From Chrysomallon squamiferum (lineage: Eukaryota; Animalia; Mollusca), in assembly GCA_012295275.1 (NCBI GenBank), contig CM022665.1, forward strand, positions 16,492,001 through 16,556,000: 64,000 bases of DNA, in the 5' to 3' direction. The notes beneath the pieces were generated by a model. That model ran no database searches. It worked only from the letters and a program-made list of their open reading frames with translations, and was not told the origin of the DNA. The position numbers and the translations under genes were made by a program. This document shows positions 1-13,479 of this stretch, in pieces (positions within the stretch are counted from its first letter, which is position 1; each line of letters begins with the position of its first letter).

Positions 1-61
1 TGATTAATTTTAAAAAAGATTTTGACAGGTTTTTAAACCAGTGTTATTTTCATTATTTTAG

Positions 62-1667
62 ATTCTGTCCCATGGACATTCACGTATCCCTGTGTATGAT
101 GGCGCAAAGGACAACATCATTAGTTTGTTGTTGATGAAGACATTGATTAAACTAGACCCTGATGATGCTGTCCCAATTCGGAGTTTGTTGCAGAATTCCA
201 AATACGCAAAACATGTTTTGTTTACTGACATCTCCACACCGCTGTTTGATCTACTCAATTTGTTCCAGACTGGAAAAGGTAAATTCTTATTTCATTTTAT
301 TTAATTTTTATCATTATTATTTTTTTAATTGAACATTATTTTTCTTCTTTTTTATTTGTTTTTTTCTTTTTTATTACAATTATTTGGTTTAAGTAGATTT
401 TAAATTTATTAATTTATATATTTTAAATTATTTTGTTTTGATCTGTTTTACTTGACATTTGTTGACTTTTGTTTAAAAGTATTTTTGATTTTTTTTTTTT
501 TTTTTTTATAAATTTGTAGTTTTATAGTTCACATATTTACTTTTATTTTGATTTTATTGCAGGTCATTTAGCTGTTGTAAAAGGTTGCAAGAAGGAAACA
601 TCCTTACAAGCAGTGGAGAGTGGCAGTCAAGGGGACACTACTCCACTTTTAGAGGATGCTGAAGAAAATCTGCCAGTGACAGTAGACTCAGAGAAGGCAT
701 GAATTAAAATAAATAAATAAATTTTTAAAAATGAAAAAGTAAAATAAAATAATAATAATAATAAATTAAATTTGTGTTTCCTTTCTACTTTTTATTTTAT
801 TTTATTTTATTTTATTTTTTTAAGTAGCAAAGTCAAAATTGTTTGATTATTACTGTAGGTGTTATTAAGGGATTTTTTCTTTGTTTCTCTGTTTTTATTG
901 GTTAATTTCTGATAAAGCACAGATGCTGGAATCAAGTGATTTAATTCGGAGAGAAATGAATATTACTCTCACAAAGTAAATAAATATTTTTTAAATGTGT
1001 TAACAGGTATTGGGTATTATAACTCTAGAGGACGTGATGGAGGAAATACTGCAGGAAGAGATAGTGGATGAGTCTGATGTGAGTAGAGACATACACAACA
1101 GAATTCAGGTTGCACGAGCTAAAGTTACTAGAACTGGACATCAGGTAAAAATATATTTTTAGTAGTAGTGATAGTAGTAGTACAATTTACAATTTTTTAA
1201 AAACTATTATCATCATCATCATAATCATTACAATTATTTTTATTTAGATTATTTTCAGTATTTTCCTTTTTATTATCATAATCATTATCATTACAAATTT
1301 TATGATTTATTGTCATCATCATGATCTCAATTATCATCATTTCTAATATACAGGAGAAGTTTAAGTTTGTAAGGTTAATGTTGATAACGAGTTTTTAAAT
1401 GTTTGGTTTATTTTTATTTTTATTAATGTATTATTAGTGTTTTTTGTTACTGTTCATTTGTTTATTATATTTTTTGCAATTATTTGTTTATTCATTCTTT
1501 CTTTCATTTGTTTATTTACTTACTTATTTATTTATTTATTTTACTTACATTTATTTTAATGGGTTTTTTTGGGGGGGTTTACTTACTTTTTTTAATTTAC
1601 TTATTTATTATTTAATCATTCAATTGTTGGTTTATTTATTTACTTATTTATTTACGTATTTAATTAC

Positions 1668-1702
<35 letters not shown>

Positions 1703-1859
1703 TGTTTACCATTATCAGGGAGGCTATTATAGAAGTCAGTCATACCCAGCAACACTACAACGTTCACATGACGACGACCCCCTCATCACTGATGTTGCTG
1801 TTTCCAGACCATTGTCCCATTCATCAGATCATCTACTTGATCAAGAAATAATCACTTGA
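62..1859 (+). CDS. DUF21/CBS-pair (CNNM/Mam3-like) metal transporter, 3' part; exons 62-278, 563-696, 1007-1144, 1719-1859
   Basis: Spliced translation: [28 protein letters not shown]...[19 protein letters not shown]...[25 protein letters not shown], the hallmark CBS-pair motifs of the CNNM/CorB/DUF21 family. AG acceptors and intron phases are consistent (217+134 nt, then 138, then 141 nt ending in TGA at 1857-1859). The exon 2 donor is uncertain (probably GC). The 5' part lies upstream of the window. Confidence 0.88.
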
Positions 1860-2169
1860 AAATTTCAACATTAAACAAAACACACGATATTGTTTCTCAG
1901 GTAGTTAGAAAGTACAACAGTAAGAATTAGTAACTTTGGAAATTTTGTTTAGAATATGATAACAATTACCACTTGATGATTACCTGTATAACCATTTATT
2001 GATATACATATTTTCTTTATTCTGTTTTATGGTTTATATATATGAGAATTGTATGGAGTATGTATTCTGTGGTTTGTTAAAATATTAATACAGCAGTGTT
2101 TTTTATAAGAAGCTAAATACAATTAATATTTGATTTGAATACATCATTCTAGGATTATTTATATCTCTG

Positions 2170-2190
2170 AGTGTGTGTGTGTGTTTATGT

Positions 2191-2243
<53 letters not shown>

Positions 2244-2298
2244 CACACACACACACACACACATATATACATACATATATATGTGTGTTTGTGTATAC

Positions 2299-2333
<35 letters not shown>

Positions 2334-2473
2334 TATATATACATACATATATATATATATATATACACACATATATCACACACACAAACTGGAATGATGT
2401 TTTCAAATCAAATATAAATTTTGTTTTGATTTTTTTTTTTTTTTTAAAACATTGCTGTATTAATATATATATA

Positions 2474-2506
<33 letters not shown>
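2170..2506. repeat. compound (CA)n/(TA)n/(TG)n microsatellite
   Basis: Directly visible dinucleotide runs; they explain the HT/CV/YI pseudo-ORFs. Confidence 0.95.
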
Positions 2507-2508
<2 letters not shown>

Positions 2509-2572
2509 CCCTGTGGAAGAAAGTTTGCTATATATATATATCTATATATAGCAAACTTTCTACCAGCAGGTT
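2507..2572. repeat. inverted repeat/hairpin downstream of the CNNM-like stop codon
   Basis: AGAAAGTTTGCTATATATA ... TATATATAGCAAACTTTCT (19-bp perfect arms) with an imperfect outward extension. Confidence 0.8.
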
Positions 2573-3492
2573 GTAGGCAAGATGCAGTAATCTCATCTTT
2601 AATACTTTTTTTATAAAAGAGATTTACACAGTGGTTGGGTGGGTTTCAATATCACATACTAACACATGATGACTTTATTATACAGTAATACAAATACTTA
2701 TTATATATGATTTTTATCATCATATCCAGTGTATCCATATTACTGTGAATACTTTGTTTATTGATAAATAAATGTTTATTTTTATTATTGTGTGTTTGAG
2801 TTTCGTTTTTTTTTCTCATAATAAACACGTAAAACGTACTTTTTCTTATTTAATTTTTATTTATGTATTTAAAAAATAAAAGTAAAAGTGATAAAATGAA
2901 AAATGTATTTCCTTACTTTCTAAGTCATAATTTTCATAACTCGCTAAAAAAATAAAAAAATATGCTGACATCTGGTGACTGATGACAATAAGTTAATCTC
3001 TATGCTCAGTAGCATCATTAAACTTTAAACTGAATGCATCCTGATAACTAATTAAATTAATTAGCACAGTAAAAGAAAGCTTTTAATGTTTATTGGAATC
3101 TTCTACTTTAATTCTCTCAATAATTTATTGTTTCAAGCTATTACTTTACTTTTAAAGATAACCTAAAGCTGTGTGGATAAATGGTCTGAAAAAAAATATT
3201 TTAGACTTCCAAGTACTGTTGTGGTTCATAATGATAATGAACATTTAAATGAAAAAAAAAAAATATATATATATTAAATTAAACCCCAGTTTTATCATTT
3301 CACAGCTGGTGTGGGGATGTCACCTGATGCTGGGCTGATAGCTTTTATGCAAATTTGTCTGCCATGTATATGATGACTTTTAAAAAAAAAAAATTAAAGT
3401 GTATTCTTTTCTTGTCGTATTTCATTACTAATTACAGTTGAACGGTAAAAAAAAAAAAAAAAAATTGATGAATAAAAAAAAAAAATTGATGA

Positions 3493-3529
<37 letters not shown>

Positions 3530-3548
3530 GAATAAAAAAAAAAGTAAT

Positions 3549-3582
<34 letters not shown>

Positions 3583-4206
3583 GAATGAATTAATGAATGA
3601 ATGAAATTAATTAAATAAACTAAACCTAACTTGGAAATTGAAGAATTCATTTAGACAATTTCTCCATTTAATCAAAGGTGCACTTAATGCGTAAGAAATA
3701 ATGCAGGTTATAATAATAAGAATCAGTAGGACCTGGTAGTAAGTTACTATTTTTTAAAGCTAAATTCTCAATGTGAACTTTATAAAAGTATGTGTTTTTA
3801 AATACGAAATATGACGTGTGTGTGTGTGTGTGTTGTGGCTTGCGGAAGTGGCTTACGTACGTTTTGTTTTTACAATTTATTGTTTTTTAGTAAATACTGG
3901 TAATGATTATAACATAATATAATTATAATTATAATACGTACACACACAATTCTGTGGCCGCACAGTGAGTCTAAACGAGCTCATGACTTTGTTTATACAT
4001 ATAAAAACCGGTTATAATTATACGTTACTATTTGAACACCTGATTCAATGACGTTTCTAGTGATTTCATTGTGTACAGTCTTCTAATGCAGCGAAACGAT
4101 CCGAATGCAAATACAACTCTGTTGACGATGTTAGACACACAGTATCATCTGTCGTCGATTAATTTCTCAAACATCGATATTCAGCAAAACCAACATGCGA
4201 CACCAG

Positions 4207-4272
4207 TATCGATGGCGCGTAGGTTAAGGCGCTCATATATAGACTCAGAAGTACAGGTATCAAATCATGTTG
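4207..4272 (+). mobile_element. degenerate tRNA-derived SINE head / tRNA pseudogene
   Basis: A-box-like TGGCGCGTAGG (4213-4223) and B-box-like GGTATCAAATC (4256-4266) at tRNA-like spacing; no intact cloverleaf. Confidence 0.35.
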
Positions 4273-6812
4273 CATATTTTTATTCAGAGTTATAGGTATA
4301 TGCGTATGTGTGTATGTACATATATCCATAGTTAAAAACGAAACCATTATTTCTTTTTTAAATAACATCTCATCTTAGTGGCGTTAATACTTTCCCTGTA
4401 GGTATGGCTATATTACAGACAAGTATGATCCTGTCTACGGAAAGGTGCGTTTATATCATATAACACATGCAGAGATGATTCTGAGTTTCGTTTCAAATCA
4501 CTGTTAAAGAAAAGCCGTGTATTAATAATAAATAATATTTTAAAGTGCGTTACACATTCACCTGTTCCTTCGTTGACCGATTTTATCGTCTGAAGAGAAA
4601 AGATAAAACTCAATTTTTTTTTATTTATCTGTTCTTAACCTGACCGAACGATATACATATATACATAATGTTAGTTTATCATATATCGTATACTTTATTG
4701 CATGTTGGTAAACAGAAAGATTTGTCATCATCATCATCACCAGCAGCATTATTATCCTATTATCATCATCATCATCATCGTCATCATCAACATTATTTAT
4801 TTATTTATTTTTAGATTTTAGATTTTTTTAATAAGAAATAAATCCAAATCAATTTTTTTATTGCTACGGTTCCTGAATGTTTTTAGAATCTAGACCAGAA
4901 CAGAATATTAGTCTGCATGTGGAGATCATTACGTACAAATATATCTTTATCTTCTGCATTACTTCCTTCCGTTTCCTGCTTCACTGTATTCAGTAAATCT
5001 TCTTATTCTTCCTTTAAAAGCATTCCTATTAACTGCTGCGCGGAAAAAGGGTGTATTTACAATTAACGTCAACTCCTCTTTTCATCAGTCGATTTCTATT
5101 TATTTATTTGTTTTATTCATCTTGTTTCATATGAAATAATAATAATCATCATCACTATCATCATCATCATCATCATCACAATATTTACTACCACTTAGAG
5201 ATTTTGCCTCTCCCCCTTTTTTAACAGAATATTTTATTTGCCCCTGTAACTGTTCAATATTCGATTATATAATGGTCTCTTTGTCCTTTCTTTGGTGGGT
5301 GGGGGGGGGCGAATTAATAATCTTTAAGTGCGTATCTAAAACGGTTCTTGTTCACGTTAATAAGTAAGTACTTGTGCATGGTTATGGAATGAACATGATC
5401 TGCTTTTATGAAAAGTTCCCGAAGTCAGTGATAGTGATTATTGATTATTAGTATAAATTATTAGGAATTCGGTTATATTTTTGTATTTCTTTTTCTTTAT
5501 TTTTTTACATTTTAATTTTTTTTCAATTTTCTTTTCTATTCTTATTGTTGTTGATTTTGTTATTGTTATCACTATTTATTAGCTTTGCTATTTAGTTTAT
5601 TATTGTTGTTGTTATTGCTATTGTTATTATTCATTATTCTTGTTGTTATTATTTATTTGTTTATGATAATATTTTATTAATATTTAACTTTTGTTTAGAT
5701 TGCAATTTGAATAAAACGACGAGACTTCCGTTATTTGAAAATTCTTTCGTTTTGCTGAATAAATAAACATCTTAGTGTGAGTTAGATAATACATAATATT
5801 ATTATTATTATTATTATTATTATTAGTGTTACATTATTCTTGCTATTATTTTCCACATTTCAGTTTTTATTGTTCTATGTTGATTGCTTTTCAGGTTTGT
5901 TGAGTATCTTTTTTTGATCACCATCTTTATTTCTTTTATTATTATTATTATTATTATTAATTAAATATTTATATATTTATTTATTTACTGTTGCTCTCAT
6001 CATCATCATCATCACCAAAGAATAAGTAAAGTGAGAAATATTCTCGCGATTAATTTTATTTGTCAAAATATCTACGTGTTCACTGAATCTACACAGTGGC
6101 GTACCCAGACGGTAGCTGCAGGGAAGGGCAATACGTGTATGTTACCAAACAGATGAGAGTCAAGAAAGATCATTATACAAATACAAAATAAATACTAGTA
6201 CATTGTATATAACTGTGCGAAGACAACTACAACTCTCCCTGATCCCTGTAAATACGCAAGGAAGCGAATGACGTAAATTAAGTTTGACCAAAGCAGCTAC
6301 CAATGTTGAGTACACCACTGAAATATAAGCATTGTTACAATGTTTAGAAATATTCAGTTTCAGTTAATGATGAAATATCCATTACTAAATTATCATTTCA
6401 TTTGAAACAGTACAGTTTGTTTATTTTGAAAATCCGTTTCCCTGCACCACATGTAAAGATGAATTTATATTAATTAAGTGCTATACAAAATGTTCTTCTT
6501 AATTCGGTGAATCTTTGTTGTTTTTGTTCATGTGAATTTATCAATCGTTGCTCAGTATAAAATCTGTTTTCGTTTAATAAAGCTGAATTTATGTTATTTC
6601 AGTTTATTCACCAACAGAAAGTTTTTGAGCCTTTTTCCGTTACTTAATTATGAAACTGTATTACTCACGATAAAATAACTCTCTAGTCACGTGCCGTCAC
6701 AGTCGTTGTTTCAGTTAAGAAGCTGTAAAATATTAAAATCTTCAGACAGCTGTTAGGAAGTCAACCGTTAGTATTCTGCTCATCTGTCCAAATCATTCAT
6801 TTAACATATTCG

Positions 6813-7376
6813 TTAAGAAATCAGTTTCTTTTCTGCCACTGCAAGATTGTACCCTTCTTTAAGTTTGTCCATTATAAAATCAAACACATTGCTCCAGGCC
6901 TCTTCAACATCCCCTTCAAATTTGTCGCCAAGATCTTCCCTCCACGTGTAAACCATCCCCTCTTTGAATGCGTCGAAATAAGACGGCTGAAAATCGCTAA
7001 AATGAATGTGCTGACGCCCTAAACCAATGAGAATGGGCAATACAGCGTCATCCAGATTGTCGACGTTATCAACAACCGCGCCAACGATCTGCATGAATCG
7101 CGTGGCATGGCCTTGAAAGTTGGGGTCGTTTTTTAGAAACTCGCCATCTTTTTCCTTAAGATGGGGAAAAAGAGTCTTAACGTAAGGACTCATTTCGAAT
7201 ATGCGCAGGAACACTTTAGTTCCTCGTTCTAACATGTTCCGTGACAAGTACCGCCATGTTTTTTTCACCATTTGCTTTTGTTCTGCGGTAATGTACGGGT
7301 TGTCGGATGGGGGTTCTATCCAGTTGTTCTTGTTGATTGATTCCGGACGGGATGTATTCGATGTGTTACAACCCAT
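6813..7376 (-). CDS. globin (globin X / neuroglobin-like), N-terminal MGC acylation motif, single coding exon, 187 aa
   Basis: Globin fold motifs: A-helix VKKTW, B-helix VFLRIF, CD1 Phe (LFP), distal His in FQGHATRF, proximal His in LGRQH, H-helix EEAWSNVFDFI. Uninterrupted ORF, GC-richer than its flanks. Confidence 0.93.
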   Translation of the reverse strand: MGCNTSNTSRPESINKNNWIEPPSDNPYITAEQKQMVKKTWRYLSRNMLERGTKVFLRIFEMSPYVKTLFPHLKEKDGEFLKNDPNFQGHATRFMQIVGAVVDNVDNLDDAVLPILIGLGRQHIHFSDFQPSYFDAFKEGMVYTWREDLGDKFEGDVEEAWSNVFDFIMDKLKEGYNLAVAEKKLIS

Positions 7377-8002
7377 ATTTGCAGAAAATATATTAGAAAA
7401 AAATATTTAAAAGATCACCGCAATTTCAGCCACATTTAGCTTTTGTGGCAGCCTGAAAACATGTGATACGTCCTGTTGCATGTAACAAATGAAACCATGA
7501 TTAGGAATTTCAGTATGATTACAGCAGAATCTTTACAGAGTATCTGAAAGTAAATTAATGTCAATAAATATTTATGATATAAATAAGACAAATGATCAGA
7601 TTAGTTTTTAAATTTAAAATGCAACAATCAAGTAATTTTTATCTCGCATGCACGCACATTTACACAGTATAATTATAGTTTATAGAAAATACAAAATAAG
7701 CTCATATAACGTTGTTGTGTGTGTGTTTTCTTTAAATAGCTAGTTGGATAACAAAGTGAAAATAAAATTTTATATACATAGCTAAAATGAATTATTGTCA
7801 AAAATATTTATCGTCAGGTAGCAAAATTAAAAAAACAACAATAATATTGTACAAAAACAACATAGAATTTATCTCTTTTTTATCGTCACAGATATAATTA
7901 TATTGTACAGAAACTTAAAAAATAACGTACAAAGCTTATAATACATTGTCGAATTTTTTTTCAGTGGCTAACTGAATAACAAACTGAAAATAAATTATGT
8001 GT

Positions 8003-8059
<57 letters not shown>

Positions 8060-9350
8060 CTAAAAATAACTTGTGAAAAATACTTAACATCAGTTAGCAA
8101 AAATACAACAACAACAACAATAATAATAACAACATAATTTACAGTAACAAAAAAAAAAGTCAGTAGACTTTACCTGTTTGTTTTGATCGTCACAGATTTC
8201 ATCACATTTTTTTTATTTTCCCGTTGTCTTTTGAAAATGTTGTTGAAAAAAAAAAAAAAAAAAAAAATCTCAACATTACCTGCTATATGTATGTAGCTGG
8301 TAATTCACTTTTGTTTGCTAAACGTGATTCGTGGCGACTTCATGACGTGTGCAGTTCTGTTAAAACTATGAACGATTTATGCTTGAGTTACTTTTATTGT
8401 TTTCTGTATTGAATTAAGTAACGATTAGAATAGTACGTTAAACCATTAATTTTTTTTTTTTTTTTTTTTTTTTGAATCTTGTACTATTCAGATGTTGATA
8501 CCAGAATTCGTAACTCGATCTTTCTCCAAACGCTGACGTAGGGGGTGAGCTCCAGACACCTATTTCTGCCATGGATATTTGTTTTTAATACAAAACTCAT
8601 TTCAGCTTGAACGATATCTACAACAGTATGTGTACCCTCCCTTTCCTAAGAATCTAGATCTGCCCCTGTTTCTTTAATCCTTGCTTTTATCCTGTGTTAA
8701 CAGTGGTGATGAAGAAACAACTTGTTTTCGTGTCGTTTTTCAATTAAAGTTAAAATATTTCGACCTTAGCCATTTAACTTAATTCTACAAAGAACATACT
8801 TTAATCGCTTCGGCTCATCTGTGTCTGGGAAACATTATAAATACATTTTCATCACAGATTTTTCTTGCGTCACTCTCTTAAAAGGAAGGAAGGAAAGAAC
8901 ATAACTTAGGTAGTAAAAGCCTGTTAGACAACTTCGCGAAAATGAATCAGTCCCACGACTAGATTGGGAATGGCTTTTGACGAGCAGCGGGACATTGACC
9001 TTTTACGCGAGTGATTGCAGGATCGATCCTCCGTGTATTCCTACTGAACTTTCAGTAAACCCAGAGTTTATCTTTCCTGCATCTGGAAAGTTGAGTGTAA
9101 AAGGTCCATTCCTACTAATAATAAAAGTTGACTACGGAGTATAATTCTTGTTTTCTTTTCCATTAAAACAATAATTCTTAGTGAAGAAAAAAAATAAAAA
9201 TTGGAAGTTTATTATTTGTTTGTTTGTTTATTTATCTGCTAGATTCGATTATTATTATTATTATGTTGTTGTTGTGTTATTTTTTGGTGAAATATGTAAA
9301 CAGAATAATAACGTGAGGTTATTTCCTTTTACTTTCATTTTAATAATAAT

Positions 9351-9398
<48 letters not shown>

Positions 9399-10074
9399 GC
9401 AGTGGTAGTGAAGAAGATGATGATGGTAATACCAAAATAAGTTATTTCTTTATCGAAACATTATTGTTCACGTGTTTACGCAATCTGACTTTAAATTGTG
9501 ACTCTTAATGTTTCAAAACTAGTTCAAGTTATGTCAAAATCTTATCAGTTTTATTCACCAGTCCATTCTACACTAGCAGTCTAGATTTCATATTTACGTA
9601 TTACAAGTTTATAGTGCATGCAGATAAACAACAAGAATTACATACCCATTGTTTTACAGCTTTTCTGCGGTGGCAAAGAATCTTCACAAATGTTTACACA
9701 TCTCATACCAGATACAAATTACATCTCAGGAAACAATTCTTGGTTTTACAATGAATCGTTTAATTCGTCTTTGGAAAAGTAATTTTGCGATTAACATACC
9801 CACACTGATTACTGAATGCACGAACTGTTCTGTGGTTCATTATACCCGATAGACAGAGAGAAGTACGTAGCTCTAATTGATTTAAAAGAAGAAAAAAAAA
9901 TTACGAATGAAATCTGGTTTTATTTCATTCTCTCTCAGGGCAGGTCTACTTTAGTTTTATGTGAACTGTTTCACAGATACCTTTCTTTTAAATAATGATG
10001 AAATAAAATGTATATTATAATTATTTTTTCTTGAATGATTAATGAATACAGCCAAAAAGAAAAAAGAAAAAAAG

Positions 10075-10122
<48 letters not shown>

Positions 10123-10579
10123 AATAAATAAATAAAAAGAAATTAATAATAAAAACTACAAATATATAAATTAAATCTATTGTTTGTAGCGACTCACTTA
10201 TTTCTTAGAATTATCTGAAGTTTTAATGAACATATAATGATATATAAACATCTATACATACATACATTCAGATATATTGACAGATAGACACGTTCATACA
10301 TGTATGCGTGTGTGTGTGTGTGTGTGTCTGTAAAAAAACGTATGTATGTGTATATATGTGTGTGTCTGTACATATACGTATGTATGTATATGATGTATAG
10401 AGATATATGTGTATGTACACACATTGTTTTTGTTGTGTATGCATATAACTTGCATAACATTTGACGCGAACTGAAAATACAAAACTCTTAAATCTCCCTT
10501 CACGCTGGAACCGCTCTTTAATCACTGTCAATAATACAATGTTACTCTATATCGCGAAGAACCAGGTGGTACAAATATC

Positions 10580-10790
10580 TTATTTAAACAGTTAATGATC
10601 TGCAATTTTACCTTCATTATCTGTCGTCGAAGGCTTTGTAAGTGGTTTTTAAAAGCTATTAGGCTCGGGAAAGAAGTAATGGCAGAAACATGTTCTGTGT
10701 ACAAATCTCTCATTTCCGTAGTAGTATGAAATCAAAGAAATACTTGAATCCCGGGGCGATTAGTGAATTGTACTTATCGTGTGAAGCTGA
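10580..10790 (-). mobile_element. possible 3' end relic of a non-LTR retrotransposon ORF2
   Basis: Minus-strand frame FHTTTEMRDLYTEHVSAITSFPSLIAFKNHL loosely resembles the ...EWNxLP..V...SL..FKxxL C-terminus of CR1/L2/RTE-type ORF2. Confidence 0.3.
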
Positions 10791-10889
10791 CTTCAGACAT
10801 GTATTCCCTATGTAGTCGTTCAGCTCTCTCTTTACTCTTCCAGTCATTCGTCCATCGTTTGTTCACGTTATTAATTTAATTACTTACCA

Positions 10890-11410
10890 TTGTTATTACT
10901 ACTGTTACTGTTGCTACTATTACTACTACTGCTACAACTACTTCTACTACAGCTACTGCTACTGCCACTGTAACTAGTACTTCTACTACTACTACTATAA
11001 TCTATACCACTTCTGCTGCAACTATTATTATTACTACCTATAATACTTTTGATGCAACTACTACTACTACTTCTGCAACTACTGCTGCTACTTCTACATC
11101 TAATACTACTGCTACTGCAAACACTATTACTTTTACTATAACTACCACCACAACAACAACCACTGTTACTTCTTCTTCTACTAGTACTACAACAGATACA
11201 ACAGCTTCGGTTGCTACTACATTAAAAGCAACAACTACTACTACTACTACCACAGCTACTCCTACTACTACTTCTACTACTATTACAGATACAACTGCTG
11301 CTACTGTTGCTAATACTACTACTACTACTACTACTATTACTACTATTGTTATTATTATTATTATTATTTCAACAAATATAACTACTACGACTATTAATAC
11401 TACAATTTCT
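10890..11410. repeat. degenerate (ACT)n/(GCT)n trinucleotide low-complexity tract
   Basis: Directly visible. Confidence 0.9.
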
Positions 11411-11628
11411 GCTAATATAAAAAAAAAAAAAAAAAATGATTTTTAAAATAGGCTCCTCTCTTTTTTTTTTTTTTTTTTTGTTGAAAATAACTACAAAAAG
11501 ATCAAAAAAAATAAATAAATAAATAAAAGAAACATACAAACAAGGAGAATATTGTCATCAATGGTTAAATACATACATGCACAAAAGCACGTACGTACAG
11601 TTTTATATAAAATTTCAAAAATACTTTT

Positions 11629-11631
<3 letters not shown>

Positions 11632-11699
<68 letters not shown>
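11632..11699. repeat. (AG)n microsatellite
   Basis: Perfect dinucleotide run. Confidence 0.97.
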
Positions 11700-11702
<3 letters not shown>

Positions 11703-12475
11703 TTCGTGTTAACAGGGTGGGCGAAACTGTCACTATTATCTTACATTGATCTATCTATTTAAGTAAATTTAAATACTTGGTTAATGTCATTGTCTTTAAT
11801 GGCGTCTATATCCCCATTGATTAGTAATCCTAACAAAACATTAAATTGATTAATGTACTTAAGAGGATTGTTTTCCAAATTTTATTTATCTTATTTTGTT
11901 TTTCCCCATCTTTTTGAAATTGTTAAGTTGGTACAATGTTTTAGACCAACTACTTAAGCTTTAAAGAAATAGATCTAAGTCGGTATGGTGTTTTAGATCG
12001 ACAACATGAGATGTGAAGTAGCATTTATAAACAGCTGCTATACTTTCCATACCCTTCCTCAGCATTGCATCTTATAACATTATATTTATCAGCTGATGGA
12101 ACAGAAAATACACCGAAGTGTTATAATTCATCTAATCAGAAATGCATTGTTATTCTAGTATGCACAATACATAACTGTACAGCCCCACTCCACAATTCAC
12201 AAATGTTCAGTTACTCAGCTTCTCTGAGCTGGGTTGTCACCAAGTGACGCTTTGTCATTGAAATGTTGTGTATGAGGTTGGGCTTTAGGTGAATATTTTA
12301 TTTAAAAGCACAGTAGAATAGAAAATTGTGATGAACGATAGAAACGCTAATTTGTATCTTTTGTCATCATCGTTGTCGTCGTCATTATTATTAATGTTTT
12401 TGTTGTTGAATTAGATAACACAAGATATACAAAAAATATATAAAATTAAAAAATGTCCAGAAATCCAGAAAATCC

Positions 12476-12511
<36 letters not shown>

Positions 12512-13035
12512 TTTAAATGACTATTTATAAACCTGGATTTGATTTCCGTTGAGACTCCTGCATTTAAGAGGTGATGGTCTAACACTAACGTCATTGTTAC
12601 ACACCTGTACAGATGTACTGAGTAACTGTTAAATACAGTTATGTTTTTTTTATTATTTACTTAATTTTCATCCAATATGTGATACATGCTCCCGTCTAGT
12701 GATGTTCTAATAATTTTAAGTGTATTAGAAATGCATTAAATTCTGTCTATACCTTTGGTATTGAAGTATAATTGATATTTTCTGTTTGTTCTGTTTACAG
12801 ATAAGTATATGTATATTGTTTTTTGTTGTTGTTTCTTTCTGACTAAAATTATATTTATAAAATATATATTTAATTAGTATAACATTAAAGAACAGAAACA
12901 AAAATTTTTGTTTCTTTTCTCTAAAATCAATGCCAATTCAAAATAGCTTCTATACTGTCATATTTTATTATTCATACTGCTATAATTCATAACAATTATT
13001 ACATTAATATTTTACATTATTATTATTATTATTAT

Positions 13036-13079
<44 letters not shown>

Positions 13080-13479
13080 ATAGTAGTAGCAGTAGTAGTA
13101 GTAGTGGCGTAGTTTATTACAAAATTTATCAGTCATTTTTTGTTCGATCAGTTATTACATTAATATTTTACATTTATATAATCTGATTTATTATTATTAT
13201 TATTATTATTAGAAGTAGTAGTAGTAGTGGTGATAGGGGCAGCAGCATAGTTTACTAAAGAATTTATCAACCGTCTTTTGACCGATGAATTTCCTGTTAG
13301 AGTGTAATTTGTTTTTCGTGTGCTTAATATTAACTATACCTAATGAAGTATAAAACAAGGTGTTATTGATATAAAAATAAATAGGAATCATTCACTATAA
13401 ATAAACAACATTGCAGAAATAAAATGAAATAAAACACGGTCGAAAAGGCTGACGGGAAATTGTTTATTTCCGTTATTTT

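Noticed and set aside
922-974. Possible extra CNNM-like exon (CACAG|ATGCTG...CAAA|GTAAAT)
   Set aside because: 53 nt would shift the frame between two phase-0 junctions.
1444-1851. 135-aa hydrophobic ORF and the many similar F/I/L/Y- or K-rich ORFs in the track
   Set aside because: Translations of TTTA/poly-A low-complexity DNA; the real exon (1719-1859) is in another frame.
8655-8668. CTAGATCTGCCCCTG, a common DNA-transposon terminus
   Set aside because: No partner terminus or TSD found.
13209-13391. Cys-ending peptide RKFIGQKTVDKFFSKLCCC on the minus strand of each unit
   Set aside because: Frameshifted in unit 2; the Cys/Tyr tail comes from GCA/GTA microsatellites.
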